A stretch of 45,549 nucleotides of DNA, from positions 1 to 45,549 of the forward strand of contig JAYUVP010000317.1 of assembly GCA_043753995.1 (NCBI GenBank). The letters run 5' to 3'. Made by a program: the position numbers and the translations under genes. The DNA comes from Fibrobacterota bacterium. GTDB lineage: Bacteria; Fibrobacterota; Fibrobacteria; UBA11236. Under the pieces are notes generated by a model. The model did not search any database. It saw nothing but the letters and a program-made list of their open reading frames with translations, and had not been told where the DNA came from. Positions 18,541 to 28,737 of the stretch are shown here, piece after piece. How positions within the stretch are numbered: the first letter of the stretch is position 1; each line of letters opens with the position of its first letter.

Positions 18541-18785
18541 CGTCACTTCGCGAGGCCAAACCATGTCAACCACTTCATTATTTAATTCAACCAAGTCGCT
18601 TGATTTCAACGGCAGGTTAATGAAGTCGGCATTAGGTTGAATGCGAACCGAAAAATCGTAGCGACACGACTCATGCGGCAGATTCCCGGATGCATGTCGA
18701 TGCGTGCGGCGATGGATCGTTTTCCCGTATCCGAAACGTCATCGGACAACAATTTCCCACCACAGCCATTTTGGAGAACCCCAAC

Positions 18786-20309
18786 ATGGGACCTCGTCAG
18801 CGTCGCCTATTCCCCGCGCTCCTCGTGGTGCTCCTGTGTACCATCGCTGGCCATTCTCAGTCCCAAATCCGCATCACCTTGACCGATGCTATACCGACTT
18901 CGGTGGATAATAGCACCGGTCAATATTTGCGTCCCTTCTTTGAACAAGACGGCGAGAGCTGCGGCAACGCGAACGGGATCGGCTTCACTTTCACTTATGA
19001 AATGGATTGGGCGCGGAACCTGCCAGCGAACGCGGCGGACAACCAATACGCTTACCTGTATACCTATAACTTTCTCAATGACGCCAACTCCTTCAACGGC
19101 ACCAGCCACATGTACGTGGATGCTTTGAACATCGCGAAGGAAAACGGGATACCGAACCTTACGACCTGGGGAGGCCTCGATGCGGGTTACGACAATTACA
19201 ATTGGATGACCGGGTATGACAAATATTACAAAGCAATGCAAAACCGAGTCGACGTCATCGATTCGTTCAGCATCGCCGATAGCCTCGGGCTCAGGAAACT
19301 GAAGCAATGGATTTATGATCATGGGAACGGCTCCAAGGTCGGCGGGATCGCGAATTTCGCGGTAAGCGTATGGGCCTCGTTCGGGGTTCCCGGCTGGCAA
19401 TTCGGCAAAATCGCTTCCGGACCGAAAAGCGGCCAAAGCATCAGTCTGATCTACGGCCTCGACCCCGGTGGCGATCATGCCCAGACCGCGATCGGCTACA
19501 ACGACAGCGTCCGGTTCGACTTCAACAAGGACGGGAAATTCACGAACAATATCGACCAGAACGGCGATGGTAAGGTCACCATGGCGGATTGGGAAGTCGG
19601 CGCCTTGCACGTGGCGAACACCTGGAGCACCAGCGCTTCCGACGCCGGTACCGACTACTGGTGCCCTTATCGGCTCCTCGCCATACCAGAGGAAAAGGGA
19701 GGGCTTCGCAGCGGCAACCGGGTGACGATCACCACCGCCAAAAAGCAGTATACGCCGAAAATGGCCCTGAAAATCTCGCTCACCCATTCCCACCGGAAGG
19801 AAATTGCCTTGTCCGTTGGCGTCGCGCCCTCGCGGGATGCCGCTCAGCCGACCAAGGTGAGGTCTTTCCAGAAGCAATTCACCTATGCCGGGGGCGATTT
19901 GCCGATGTGCGGGCAAAACGCATCCGCGACAATTGAAATCGGCGTAGACGTGAGTGACTTGATCGACTCGCTGGCCGGGGCGCCAGAGGCTTCTTTTTTC
20001 CTCGTCGTGCAATCCAAGGGTTCGAACTCCGGGACGGTCAATTCGATGTCCCTCATGAACTACACCTTAGGAGTGGCCAATGAGATCAAATCGACGCAAA
20101 CCGGCGTAACAATCAATGGCAATGCCAAGACCTACGTGAAGGTGGCGACGACAGTCGCGACCGCGATTCGGAACGAGGCCTTTGGTCCTCAAACCGGCCG
20201 CTTCAAATTCCGTCGCGGCGGAGACGGGTTTCAAATCCGGGGACATTGGACCGGGACGAAAAAGATTGGGGTGCTAACCCCGGACGGCAAGCAAAGGAGA
20301 ATGGAATGA
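18786..20309 (+). CDS. Secreted papain-like (C1) cysteine peptidase with C-terminal beta domain
   Basis: Likely start ATG 18786 (GGAG RBS) with signal peptide; IPTSVDNS, QDGESCG (Gln/Cys), DHAQTAIGYND (His), VANTWS (Asn); DxNxDG Ca-binding loops. Confidence 0.82.
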   Translation: MGPRQRRLFPALLVVLLCTIAGHSQSQIRITLTDAIPTSVDNSTGQYLRPFFEQDGESCGNANGIGFTFTYEMDWARNLPANAADNQYAYLYTYNFLNDANSFNGTSHMYVDALNIAKENGIPNLTTWGGLDAGYDNYNWMTGYDKYYKAMQNRVDVIDSFSIADSLGLRKLKQWIYDHGNGSKVGGIANFAVSVWASFGVPGWQFGKIASGPKSGQSISLIYGLDPGGDHAQTAIGYNDSVRFDFNKDGKFTNNIDQNGDGKVTMADWEVGALHVANTWSTSASDAGTDYWCPYRLLAIPEEKGGLRSGNRVTITTAKKQYTPKMALKISLTHSHRKEIALSVGVAPSRDAAQPTKVRSFQKQFTYAGGDLPMCGQNASATIEIGVDVSDLIDSLAGAPEASFFLVVQSKGSNSGTVNSMSLMNYTLGVANEIKSTQTGVTINGNAKTYVKVATTVATAIRNEAFGPQTGRFKFRRGGDGFQIRGHWTGTKKIGVLTPDGKQRRME

Positions 20310-21094
20310 TTAAGAGAGAATGGGGATGGATCCTAGTGCCGGCCGGCATCGCGGCGATGATGTTCTGGGCCTGCGACCCAAGCGCAACCGCGCCCGGAAA
20401 CGGAGTCGCCTTCGGCAATGTTTCCGCTCCAGACTCCGTCTATGCCGCCTACACGCGCTTGTACGATCCGCCCTGCACGCTTACCGTCTCCTTCAATTAC
20501 GATGCCGCCAAGTCGGGAAGCATCGAGGTCGCCGCGACACTCGATTCTGGAAAATCTTGGATCCAGGTCATGACGGTGGCGCCCACGGGTCCGAATCCCG
20601 CCAAGGTCGTCTGGCCGCTGGAGCGCGATGCCGATACCAGCCACTTTAATTTCTTCGGCTATAAGGAAGCCTACCTAAAGCTCACCGACAAGGTTTCCGG
20701 GCAATCGCTACAATCCGGAAAATTCAACATTATCGGCAATATGCCCTTCATCCTGTCCTCGCCCAAAGGCGGGGAATCCTTTGCCGTCAAGGACAGCATT
20801 CCCTTGCAGTACTCGGTCAACACCCATCTGACCGCCCAAATCAAGCCATGCATAAGACCCAACGATTCCGCCATCCAGTGGAAGGCCCTGGAGAAGTTCA
20901 CGAGCTCGACGACCTTGACCTATCAACGTGGCCCAGTCCGATCGTTCGTCCAGAAGTTCACGCTGGCCTATTTCGATTCTGCCCTCGTTTGGTCGGATAA
21001 ATGGGCGACCCAACCCTTGCAGATCATGCTCAAGGATTACGGGTCCGGAGGAAAAATCAAGTTGTCCGGATTGATCGCGATCACCCCGAATTAA
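20306..21094 (+). CDS. Hypothetical lipoprotein (Ig-like domains)
   Basis: ATGA overlap and AGGAG RBS; lipobox FWAC; Asp-box-like TLDSGKSW; SPKGGE motif. Confidence 0.75.
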   Translation: MIKREWGWILVPAGIAAMMFWACDPSATAPGNGVAFGNVSAPDSVYAAYTRLYDPPCTLTVSFNYDAAKSGSIEVAATLDSGKSWIQVMTVAPTGPNPAKVVWPLERDADTSHFNFFGYKEAYLKLTDKVSGQSLQSGKFNIIGNMPFILSSPKGGESFAVKDSIPLQYSVNTHLTAQIKPCIRPNDSAIQWKALEKFTSSTTLTYQRGPVRSFVQKFTLAYFDSALVWSDKWATQPLQIMLKDYGSGGKIKLSGLIAITPN

Positions 21095-21096
21095 AC

Positions 21097-22302
21097 ATGT
21101 GGAAACTTAGCGCCCCTAACTCCATGGGGATTCGGCTGCGGCCTGTAGTGCCGGCGATGATTATTCTCATTTCCTGTTGTGATTTTCCGTATCGCCCGGA
21201 ACCGCAACCGCAACCGTACTTCGAACAGAAATCCAACGGCTTCGTCTTTTCCGTCAACACGAACCAGCAGGTTTGCAATCCGTCCATAGCCGAAAGCGAT
21301 GCCTATCCGGCGTCCATGCTCTGGCTCGGTTTCGATCAGCTTTCCCTAAAGGTGCCGGACGGCGTCACGAACTATTCCCTCACCCGGGTCGAGGAGCATG
21401 ACCGGATCACCGTCACGGATACCTCCAATACCGTGCGCTGGTTCTTGATGGCCCGCGAGGCCGCGCCTACGGGGGAAATGCAATGTCCCCGTTGGTCCGC
21501 ACATCCCGATTACATCTCCTTTACGGTTGGAATCCCGGCGCAATCGTATAGCGGTTACGCGGTGAGGGTTTCCGATCGCAAAATGCTGAAAATCTGCAAT
21601 GCCCACCTGGAGGAGTTCAGCACTCCTCATGCTTGGATACCCGACAGCCTCGCGTCCACTGCGGTCGTCGAAAATCCGACTTATGCAGCGGATGGTTTCG
21701 TGGCAAGAGAAGATGTCCAAAAGTTTTTCGGTACGACTCGATTCAAATTCGTCTACGCAATGCCCGAGACCCAGGCCGGGGCTTTGTTCTTTATCGATTA
21801 CTCGGCGACAGGAGCTCCTGCTCCCGTGCGTTTGACGAAGCCCGCAGGCAAGGAATCGTGGCATTGCGAAAGCCCCCAGGTTTCGCGCGACGGCGGCTGG
21901 GTCGCCTACCATTGCTTCCAAAACGCGGTTCCGGGTTACGGCTATGCGACCTATATGCAGAAGCTCGAGACGGGAGCGCTGCCCATCTTGGTTGCCGACC
22001 GAGCCTCCGATCCGCATTGGTGGGTTGACCCGGCGAGCGGCACTTACCATTTGGTATATGCGGTAACCAAGGGGGATTACTTCACGGACGCGGAGTTTAC
22101 CGATAAGACGTTGGAGAGCAGCGGTAGCGTGGGAGCGACGGTCAGGCAGAGGCTTGCGGGAAGCTCCGCGAACGGGCTTTCCTTGGACGCCAGCGCCAAA
22201 CCGGATACCCTCGTGCGCTTGCCTTTCAAAGGCGGGCTTTCCCGCGACGGAAAATTCCTGTGCACCGCGTACAAGTACGCCTATCTCATGCGGATCAAAT
22301 GA
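21097..22302 (+). CDS. Hypothetical lipoprotein, TolB/beta-propeller-like
   Basis: Start 2 nt after the upstream stop; LISC lipobox; repeated PRWSAHPD, PQVSRDGGWVAY and LSRDGKFL blades. Confidence 0.7.
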   Translation: MWKLSAPNSMGIRLRPVVPAMIILISCCDFPYRPEPQPQPYFEQKSNGFVFSVNTNQQVCNPSIAESDAYPASMLWLGFDQLSLKVPDGVTNYSLTRVEEHDRITVTDTSNTVRWFLMAREAAPTGEMQCPRWSAHPDYISFTVGIPAQSYSGYAVRVSDRKMLKICNAHLEEFSTPHAWIPDSLASTAVVENPTYAADGFVAREDVQKFFGTTRFKFVYAMPETQAGALFFIDYSATGAPAPVRLTKPAGKESWHCESPQVSRDGGWVAYHCFQNAVPGYGYATYMQKLETGALPILVADRASDPHWWVDPASGTYHLVYAVTKGDYFTDAEFTDKTLESSGSVGATVRQRLAGSSANGLSLDASAKPDTLVRLPFKGGLSRDGKFLCTAYKYAYLMRIK

Positions 22303-23474
22303 AACGAACGCGAATACTCCGTATCGGCTCGGTGGGCGCGATTGTCACGACTGTAACTATTGTTACGATAGTCTCGGCCATAGTTCTTGGCCTGATTCCC
22401 ATGCTCCGGAAATCCATCCCGGCATTCCGGGCCGATGCCCGAGGGCTCGGCGCCTATGTCCTGCCGATTATGCCGTGGCGGAATATCGGCGGATGCGGCG
22501 CCGGCGGCTCTGGCGGCGGATCAAGCGGCGTTCGGTGGATAGGCAGGGGCGTGAGCGGCGCCCTGTTGGACGTCGAATTCATGCCCAAGATCAATTTCGG
22601 GCAAACCTTCCTCATTACCATGGCCGATCCCCGCCTGGCCTACCATCCCCGTTGGTCGACGGAGCTGGGCCTTTCGATGCCTATCGGCATGAAAGAGATG
22701 GAGGTCCAATACCAAACCAACCTGGAGCCGCAATTGATCCGCAATGGCAGCCGGGGCGATCTCACGGCCGATGCCCGGCAATTGTTCGGGGATCACAGCC
22801 AGTACGCCGCCCAGCTCTCGCTCACCTTCCCTACGGGGCAATACGACGCGCAACGCGGAACCGATCGCTCTAAGAACGTGCTACCGCAGGGGCTACAGAT
22901 GGGCCGGGGCATTTATTCCGGGACTATGGGGCTATCGTACACGCGCGATAGCGACCAGGGGATGATGCTATTCGACGGCTATTTCAGTTATCCGTTTATG
23001 ATTCGCTTCGACGAGAAAAACGAATACCTCGAAACCGATTACCGCGCCTACGCGAATACCACCGGAGAAACGCGTTCACGCTTCCACTACGGATCCTGGC
23101 TGAAGCCCTATGGCGAAAGCGACCGGGGCGACTATTACCCGCCTTCGGCGAGCTTCGACGCCATCTTCGTGCGTCGGGCAGAGCGAACCGTCCAGTCGTT
23201 CCAGCTCACGTTTTCGGCGCCCATGGGCGTCCGGTGGATCCATTCCCCGGATCCTGCGCTCTACGATCCCATGCCAGATCCGGACAACCGCGCCTGGGAT
23301 CTCGCGCTCGGTTATGGATTGGAATCCTCAAGCGAAACCATGCCTTTGTTTTTCGGAGTGGGAATGCCGGTGCATGCGAAAAGGAGTGTTGCCGGGGACT
23401 GGACCTCTCCGGATTGGGGTAATGTGGGGCAGGAATGGATACTCGCGCTTGGATTTAAGGCGTTGTTGTACTAA
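22299..23474 (+). CDS. Probable outer-membrane beta-barrel protein with N-terminal Gly-rich Cys motif
   Basis: ATGA overlap; N-terminal hydrophobic segment; WRNIGGCGAGGSGGG; LTFPTGQYD...QMGRG transporter-like motif; terminal aromatic residue. Confidence 0.7.
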   Translation: MKRTRILRIGSVGAIVTTVTIVTIVSAIVLGLIPMLRKSIPAFRADARGLGAYVLPIMPWRNIGGCGAGGSGGGSSGVRWIGRGVSGALLDVEFMPKINFGQTFLITMADPRLAYHPRWSTELGLSMPIGMKEMEVQYQTNLEPQLIRNGSRGDLTADARQLFGDHSQYAAQLSLTFPTGQYDAQRGTDRSKNVLPQGLQMGRGIYSGTMGLSYTRDSDQGMMLFDGYFSYPFMIRFDEKNEYLETDYRAYANTTGETRSRFHYGSWLKPYGESDRGDYYPPSASFDAIFVRRAERTVQSFQLTFSAPMGVRWIHSPDPALYDPMPDPDNRAWDLALGYGLESSSETMPLFFGVGMPVHAKRSVAGDWTSPDWGNVGQEWILALGFKALLY

Positions 23475-23485
23475 TTGTCACGACA

Positions 23486-25147
23486 TCAGTCTTTTCTGTC
23501 CTTTCCACCTATTTGCGATAGGAACAAGCCCAAATAGCCCGCCGCCTCATCCCTTAGGCCCGGATGGCTTATCCACCTCGCACGGATGTCGTGATTCAGG
23601 GAATCCAACACCCTCTCATCGCCCAGATCGAGACCGGCGTTCCCGGCCTTGTCGGATTTATAGAACAACGCTTCAGTCCCGTCCGCATACACCAGCCGCC
23701 AATCCGGATCGTTCAGCAACCCAGCCGCCATGGGCAGATATGCCGTCACGAAAGCCGTGGGAAAAATCGCATACGTGATCCCGTATCGATTGCAGGCTGT
23801 CCGGAACCGCTCCGGATCTTCGAGTAGCGAACGATACTCCGCCAGAAAGGAATCGGGCCGCATCGCGTAACGCGTATCGATGAATACCTGGTGCGGCGGA
23901 TACCGGTTCCACAGGAGATAGCCGCCGTAACGGTCAGCGTTGAAACCGTTTCCCTCAATCGGATGCGATGCCAGATAGGCGACGCTTCCATCGGGAAAGG
24001 AGAACGGCGAAACCGGTCCGTTACCCCCTATCCGGGATAAGACCAAGGTATGCAGGGTGATGGCGATGCCGGCGAGTGAAACTGCCGCGATCAGAACCGG
24101 AAGCTTCGCGCGCTGAAGGAGAACGGGCCATCGTTCCGCAAGGGAGGCATAGGCGGCGCGAAGCTGGGCGCTGATGAGCGGCAGCGCCGAAAAAAAGAAA
24201 AGAATGATATTCCGCTCGGCCCGGAAGGCCAGGTAGCCCATGCCCGCGACGACGAAGGCCAAAGGGAGCCGGACGGCCCTGGGCCGGATAGCTATCAGGG
24301 CGCAGGCGAACGCGGCCAGGGCCAAAGCCGTCCAAGCATAGTGCGCGTCGGGCGTGCCGAACAGCGCGGGAAGCGGCCGGTTTTCCTCGATAAGCACGGA
24401 AAACAGGTTGTCGTTGGAGGGCATCGTCCGGTGGAAAAGCAGGAATGCGAGCCCGAATGCCTTAAGGCCATAAGGATTCGCCAGACACGCGAAGCACGTC
24501 AGTAGGAGCGCACCGGCCACAGGAACCACCCGACGTTTTGCCACTTGCCGTTCCGAGCCCACGAAGAGTTGGGCCTGCGCGAGTTCCGCCGCCAGCCAGG
24601 CAAGCACGGTGGCTGGGCCCAGCAGGAACAAAGGCTGGGAATTCGTCCACAGGATTTGCAGCGGCAAAAGGCATGCGAGATAGCGCAGCCGGTTCCGCCT
24701 TTCGAACAGCTCCAGACAGCAGAGGAATGCGGCCAACAGGAACAGCGATGCCATGATCGGCCGGTGGGGCGCTAGATATCGGATTTCGAACAAAGCAGCG
24801 ATCCACAGGGATGCGCCGAAAAGGATCCCTCGCGCGGGAGCAAAGAGGAAAAACAAAATCCCCGCGGCCAGCCCTAGGCAAAGGCTGTTGACGATGAGGA
24901 TACCCTGCAAGCCAAATAGGGCCTGAATGCCAAACATGCCTACTTGAAAAAACCAATGAAGATCGATCCAAGGGAGTTCCCGGGAAGTGAAGGCGAAGGG
25001 ATCCACATGAGGAACCGCATGCGTATGAACGATTTCACGGCCGGCCGCCAAGTGCCAGAAGATGTCGCCGTCGCTGATGGGATACCAAAAAAAGAACGCA
25101 GCGGCACAACCAACCAGAAGCGCAGCGGTAAGTTTTGGTTTTTCCAT
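23486..25147 (-). CDS. Polytopic membrane protein, GT-C glycosyltransferase-like
   Basis: Likely start MEKPKL at 25147 (GAGG RBS); acidic first loop DGDIFWHLAAG...DPFAFT...WIDLHW; more than 10 TM segments; C-terminal GGYLLW...VFIDTR domain. Confidence 0.65.
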   Translation of the reverse strand: MEKPKLTAALLVGCAAAFFFWYPISDGDIFWHLAAGREIVHTHAVPHVDPFAFTSRELPWIDLHWFFQVGMFGIQALFGLQGILIVNSLCLGLAAGILFFLFAPARGILFGASLWIAALFEIRYLAPHRPIMASLFLLAAFLCCLELFERRNRLRYLACLLPLQILWTNSQPLFLLGPATVLAWLAAELAQAQLFVGSERQVAKRRVVPVAGALLLTCFACLANPYGLKAFGLAFLLFHRTMPSNDNLFSVLIEENRPLPALFGTPDAHYAWTALALAAFACALIAIRPRAVRLPLAFVVAGMGYLAFRAERNIILFFFSALPLISAQLRAAYASLAERWPVLLQRAKLPVLIAAVSLAGIAITLHTLVLSRIGGNGPVSPFSFPDGSVAYLASHPIEGNGFNADRYGGYLLWNRYPPHQVFIDTRYAMRPDSFLAEYRSLLEDPERFRTACNRYGITYAIFPTAFVTAYLPMAAGLLNDPDWRLVYADGTEALFYKSDKAGNAGLDLGDERVLDSLNHDIRARWISHPGLRDEAAGYLGLFLSQIGGKDRKD

Positions 25148-25330
25148 GGCCTCAATGCCAAAGGTAATTTTGGCGATTTCCACCGTCGCGGAAATTCGGC
25201 CGCGCATAGCTTTCATCCAATCCAACGGAATACCGTCAAAAGCCGATGCCGCTTTTTCCAGGGCAGAAATCAACTAAATAAGTGGGGCAATCCATTGAAT
25301 TCAATCGTTTAATCTGCGGGAGACAAGACC

Positions 25331-26068
25331 ATGCGCTTTTTTCAATTGGGTTTATGGCTTAAATGTTCAGGCTTAGCCCTATTCACTCTTCTTCCCATCG
25401 GCTGCATGAACGGTGGGGATACAGAATCGGACACCGGACCGGAACCCCAGGTTATTTACGACTCCCTGATGAAGGCAAATGAAATTCCTACCGGCAATTA
25501 TATGTTGCGTCACGATTCTGCATCCATCGATAGCAATGGCTTCGTGGTCGCGCCGAAATATGGCACGGACATCAAACCCTCGGTGGCCGTGGTCTATTGG
25601 GAAAAGCGATGGAATAACGAAGAGGGAGACAATCAATTCATGCTCTCCATGATTGACAGCTGCAATTACAGTGTATTCCGCTGCCCGGTTCCATGGGCTG
25701 ATTCTAGGTCGAATGTGGGTGAAACCCGGCAAGTCATGCCCGGTGGATCGTTTATCCAATATTTTGTGGGTTGGACGGGAACAAAAACCATCCTGTGGAA
25801 TGACAGCGATGCGACCAAGTCGTTTTTATTTCCCATCGATTCCGAAGGCGATGCCGTGTATTGGGCGGGTGAGCTGTCTTATTGGAGCACAAAAAGCCTG
25901 ATTCGAAAAACCGATTCAGGCTACATACTCATTACCGAGCGCACAGATTCCATGTGCCACCCCTACCGAAGGGTAAAGGTCATGATTGCCATGGATGCCA
26001 AGGGGAATACAAAAGAAATCGCGCGAAAGACCGTGGAGGACTATCCGGATCGATGCATGGTGATTTGA
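25331..26068 (+). CDS. Hypothetical lipoprotein
   Basis: GGAG RBS; signal peptide ending LPIGC. Confidence 0.7.
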   Translation: MRFFQLGLWLKCSGLALFTLLPIGCMNGGDTESDTGPEPQVIYDSLMKANEIPTGNYMLRHDSASIDSNGFVVAPKYGTDIKPSVAVVYWEKRWNNEEGDNQFMLSMIDSCNYSVFRCPVPWADSRSNVGETRQVMPGGSFIQYFVGWTGTKTILWNDSDATKSFLFPIDSEGDAVYWAGELSYWSTKSLIRKTDSGYILITERTDSMCHPYRRVKVMIAMDAKGNTKEIARKTVEDYPDRCMVI

Positions 26069-26093
26069 CATCCTGATCAAGTAATGCCTGAAC

Positions 26094-27119
26094 TCACTTC
26101 TCGAATAGATAATGCGAGACCAGCCATTCTTCGCCATCGGAAAAATTCCAAAGCTCTTCGCAGGCCATGAAAAAAAGTCTCCAATAGACAAGCCATTTCA
26201 CACCCTGGCCTTGCCCATAAGTTTTTTCCAGGAGGGGCAACGCCTGGGCGCGATGCAGGTCGAGATTGTCGAGCCAAGCCCGCGAGGTTTTGCCGTAATG
26301 GCGGCCATTGACTCGCCAATGATTTAAGATGTGCAAATCCTTCTGGAAGTAAAGCAGTAAATCGTCCGAGGGCATATTACCGCCCGTGAAGAAATACTTG
26401 CCCATGAAATCGTCTTCGCCCGTGGTCTCGAAGGGATAAGCGAATTCCTTGTGGGTGAAGATGTGTACGAATAGTTTGCCACCGGGCCGCAGCCAAGAAG
26501 CGACCCTGGCCATGAGGCTTTCGTAATTACGCATATGCTCGAACATTTCCACCGACACCACGCGATCAAAGGATCGATCCGTGGCAAAGACATTCATGTC
26601 GGCGGTGATGATTTCCAAATTGCGAATGCCGCGCTTCAGGCATTCTTCCAGGATGTATTGTCTTTGAGTCCTGGAATTCGAAACCCCGACAATGCGGCTT
26701 TTGGGAAAATGCTCGGCCATCCACAGCGAAAGCGAACCCCAGCCGCAGCCTAGCTCCAGTACGTCCATGCCGTCGGCAAGGCCGGCGCGCTCGCAGGTGA
26801 GAGCAAGCATGGCGGCTTCGGAGGCATCCAGGGTATTCACGCCTTGCGGCCAATAGCCACCACTATACTTCATGTGCTTGCCGAGCACCATGCGATAGAA
26901 TTCGGTGGGCACTTCATAGTGCTGCTCATTGGCTGCTTGGGTATGCACGGCGATGGGGCTTTGCCGTAATTCACCCAAGAAGTTTTGCAAGGCCTGGTTT
27001 TGCGCCTCGATATTGCCGCGATCTTGTTCACGCAATCGATCCTTGAGCAAATCGCGTATGCCTCTCCGAAGCAGAAAATCCGGGACTATGTCTTTTTCGA
27101 CCCATTTCATGGTTTGCAT
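26094..27119 (-). CDS. SAM-dependent methyltransferase, cyclopropane-fatty-acid synthase family (coclaurine-NMT-like subgroup)
   Basis: [51 protein letters not shown]. Confidence 0.92.
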   Translation of the reverse strand: MQTMKWVEKDIVPDFLLRRGIRDLLKDRLREQDRGNIEAQNQALQNFLGELRQSPIAVHTQAANEQHYEVPTEFYRMVLGKHMKYSGGYWPQGVNTLDASEAAMLALTCERAGLADGMDVLELGCGWGSLSLWMAEHFPKSRIVGVSNSRTQRQYILEECLKRGIRNLEIITADMNVFATDRSFDRVVSVEMFEHMRNYESLMARVASWLRPGGKLFVHIFTHKEFAYPFETTGEDDFMGKYFFTGGNMPSDDLLLYFQKDLHILNHWRVNGRHYGKTSRAWLDNLDLHRAQALPLLEKTYGQGQGVKWLVYWRLFFMACEELWNFSDGEEWLVSHYLFEK

Positions 27120-27952
27120 TCTGTGACCTTTCCAATTTTGACTTCGGCGCGGGGAAACCAAGGAAAAAAGACACTGGTTCGCGCTTGATAGCGCCGATAG
27201 GCCTCTCCCCGACTGCGTAGACTTTGCTTTTCCGTGGGAGGAATGCCGCTGAACTTAAATAGCAGCAATAAAATGACTGCGGGGCTGACCCAGGCGACAA
27301 AGCCATAAGGCGCCGACCAAGCGAGCAAGGCATAGGCGCACCAAATCAACCACTCGCAGAAATAATTGGGATGACGCGAATAGCGCCACAGGCCCAAATC
27401 ACACACCTTGCCCTTATTCTCGGGCTTGGCTTTGAATGCCTTCAACTGGGCGTCAGACAAAGCCTCACCGAGTATGGCGAAAAGCCAAAGACCGGCACCT
27501 ACGATTTCCGTGATGTGGAAAACATCACCTTGGTTTTCCGCCACCCACAAAAAGGGAATGCCCAACAAAATATTGAGAGCGCCTTGACCAAGGAAAAAAT
27601 ACAGGAAATAATGTCCGGCTTTTTCTCCCCAATATTCGCGCAAGGCCACATAACGCCCCTCTTCTGGCGTACCGTCCGCAACGCGATCGCGATACAAATG
27701 CCAGGCTAGACGAAAGGACCAAGTACCGACCAGCATGAGCAGCAATAACCGCCTTTCCCACGGCGCCGACCCGAGGCCCGCATAGAGCAAGACGAGGAGA
27801 CCAAGGCCGGCCGCCCAACCGACGTCGACGACGGCCGCATTGCGCAGGCGGAAATGCATGCGCCACAGCCAAGTCATCAAGGCAAGCAAAATCAGCATGC
27901 CCAGTGTAGGTAAAGCCCACATCGGCAATGGTCCCAAAGAAAGCGGATTCAT
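27107..27952 (-). CDS. DUF1295 / steroid 5-alpha-reductase-like membrane protein
   Basis: [55 protein letters not shown]. Confidence 0.92.
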   Translation of the reverse strand: MNPLSLGPLPMWALPTLGMLILLALMTWLWRMHFRLRNAAVVDVGWAAGLGLLVLLYAGLGSAPWERRLLLLMLVGTWSFRLAWHLYRDRVADGTPEEGRYVALREYWGEKAGHYFLYFFLGQGALNILLGIPFLWVAENQGDVFHITEIVGAGLWLFAILGEALSDAQLKAFKAKPENKGKVCDLGLWRYSRHPNYFCEWLIWCAYALLAWSAPYGFVAWVSPAVILLLLFKFSGIPPTEKQSLRSRGEAYRRYQARTSVFFPWFPRAEVKIGKVTECKP

Positions 27953-28737
27953 CCTTGCTCCCAACCCGGCTTCATGCCGCTATGTGGCCTGAAGACCACA
28001 GGGATTTTTTTCCACCACAATTTCAAGGCCTGCCAGTGTATCCAAGCGATGATCCAAAGACTCATGAAGGGAATACGCATAAAAGACTTGAGCAAGTTCC
28101 AGTCGGTGAGCGGAGCCCAGTCGCCTAGGATATGGGTTCTGAGGACCACCAGATTGGGAGCCGCTGCCGAGTAGTCGTCGATGTAAACACCTAGGTGACT
28201 CCCCAAGGGTTGGAAGCGGTATTCGTAAACCACATCCATTTCGACGAAGGGCGACACGTAGAAGATTTTATCGGTGCGAAAGGCCTTCTTCCCCTCCGCC
28301 TCTACGGGAAAGACATAACTGTAGCGCTGATGAAAGGTGTTATTGACTTCGGCCACATAAGCGACAACCTGGCCTTGGGCATAGCAGTAATAAAAGGTGA
28401 CGGGATTGAAGAGATAACCCAGAGCGCGAAACTGCGTAATCATGAAGACTTTGTCGACGGGGCCCGGATAGCCGCGCTCGCGCAAAAGGAAAATCAGATT
28501 CTCCTTGATAGCCAAAGGTGATTTCCCAGCTTGATGGAGGCGGCCATGATCCTTATCATGCAGGCTGTAAAGCGAAAAGCGATTGAGTGAAAAGAGACGG
28601 AGCTTGCGATGCAATTCGCCGACTTCATCCAAGTCTACGGAAAACATAAAGACCGGATAGGTGAAATAGTGGCGTTTGGGGCTGAGGCGATGATGCATGA
28701 TGCGGCCCAGATAAATGCCGCTGCGTGGCGTCTCCAT
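27949..28737 (-). CDS. DUF1365 family protein (UfaO-like)
   Basis: YLGRIMHHRLSPKRHYFTY, GYLFNPVTFYYC, AEVNNTF, FYVSPF, IHWQALKLWWK; TGATG coupling. Confidence 0.93.
   Translation of the reverse strand: METPRSGIYLGRIMHHRLSPKRHYFTYPVFMFSVDLDEVGELHRKLRLFSLNRFSLYSLHDKDHGRLHQAGKSPLAIKENLIFLLRERGYPGPVDKVFMITQFRALGYLFNPVTFYYCYAQGQVVAYVAEVNNTFHQRYSYVFPVEAEGKKAFRTDKIFYVSPFVEMDVVYEYRFQPLGSHLGVYIDDYSAAAPNLVVLRTHILGDWAPLTDWNLLKSFMRIPFMSLWIIAWIHWQALKLWWKKIPVVFRPHSGMKPGWEQG

Noticed and set aside
18359..18609. Small minus-strand ORFs (60 and 66 aa) as possible purA leader peptides
   Set aside because: They run through the GC-rich repeat, lack a convincing RBS and have no telling composition.
17627..18640. 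337-aa plus-strand ORF
   Set aside because: Antisense to purA and its leader, with no recognisable motifs.
18807..20012. 401-aa minus-strand ORF
   Set aside because: Antisense shadow of the papain-like peptidase, expected from codon bias.
18560..25300. Peptidase operon region as a mobile genomic island
   Set aside because: Codon style looks slightly different by eye, but there is no integrase, tRNA or flanking direct repeat, and I cannot quantify the difference without computation.
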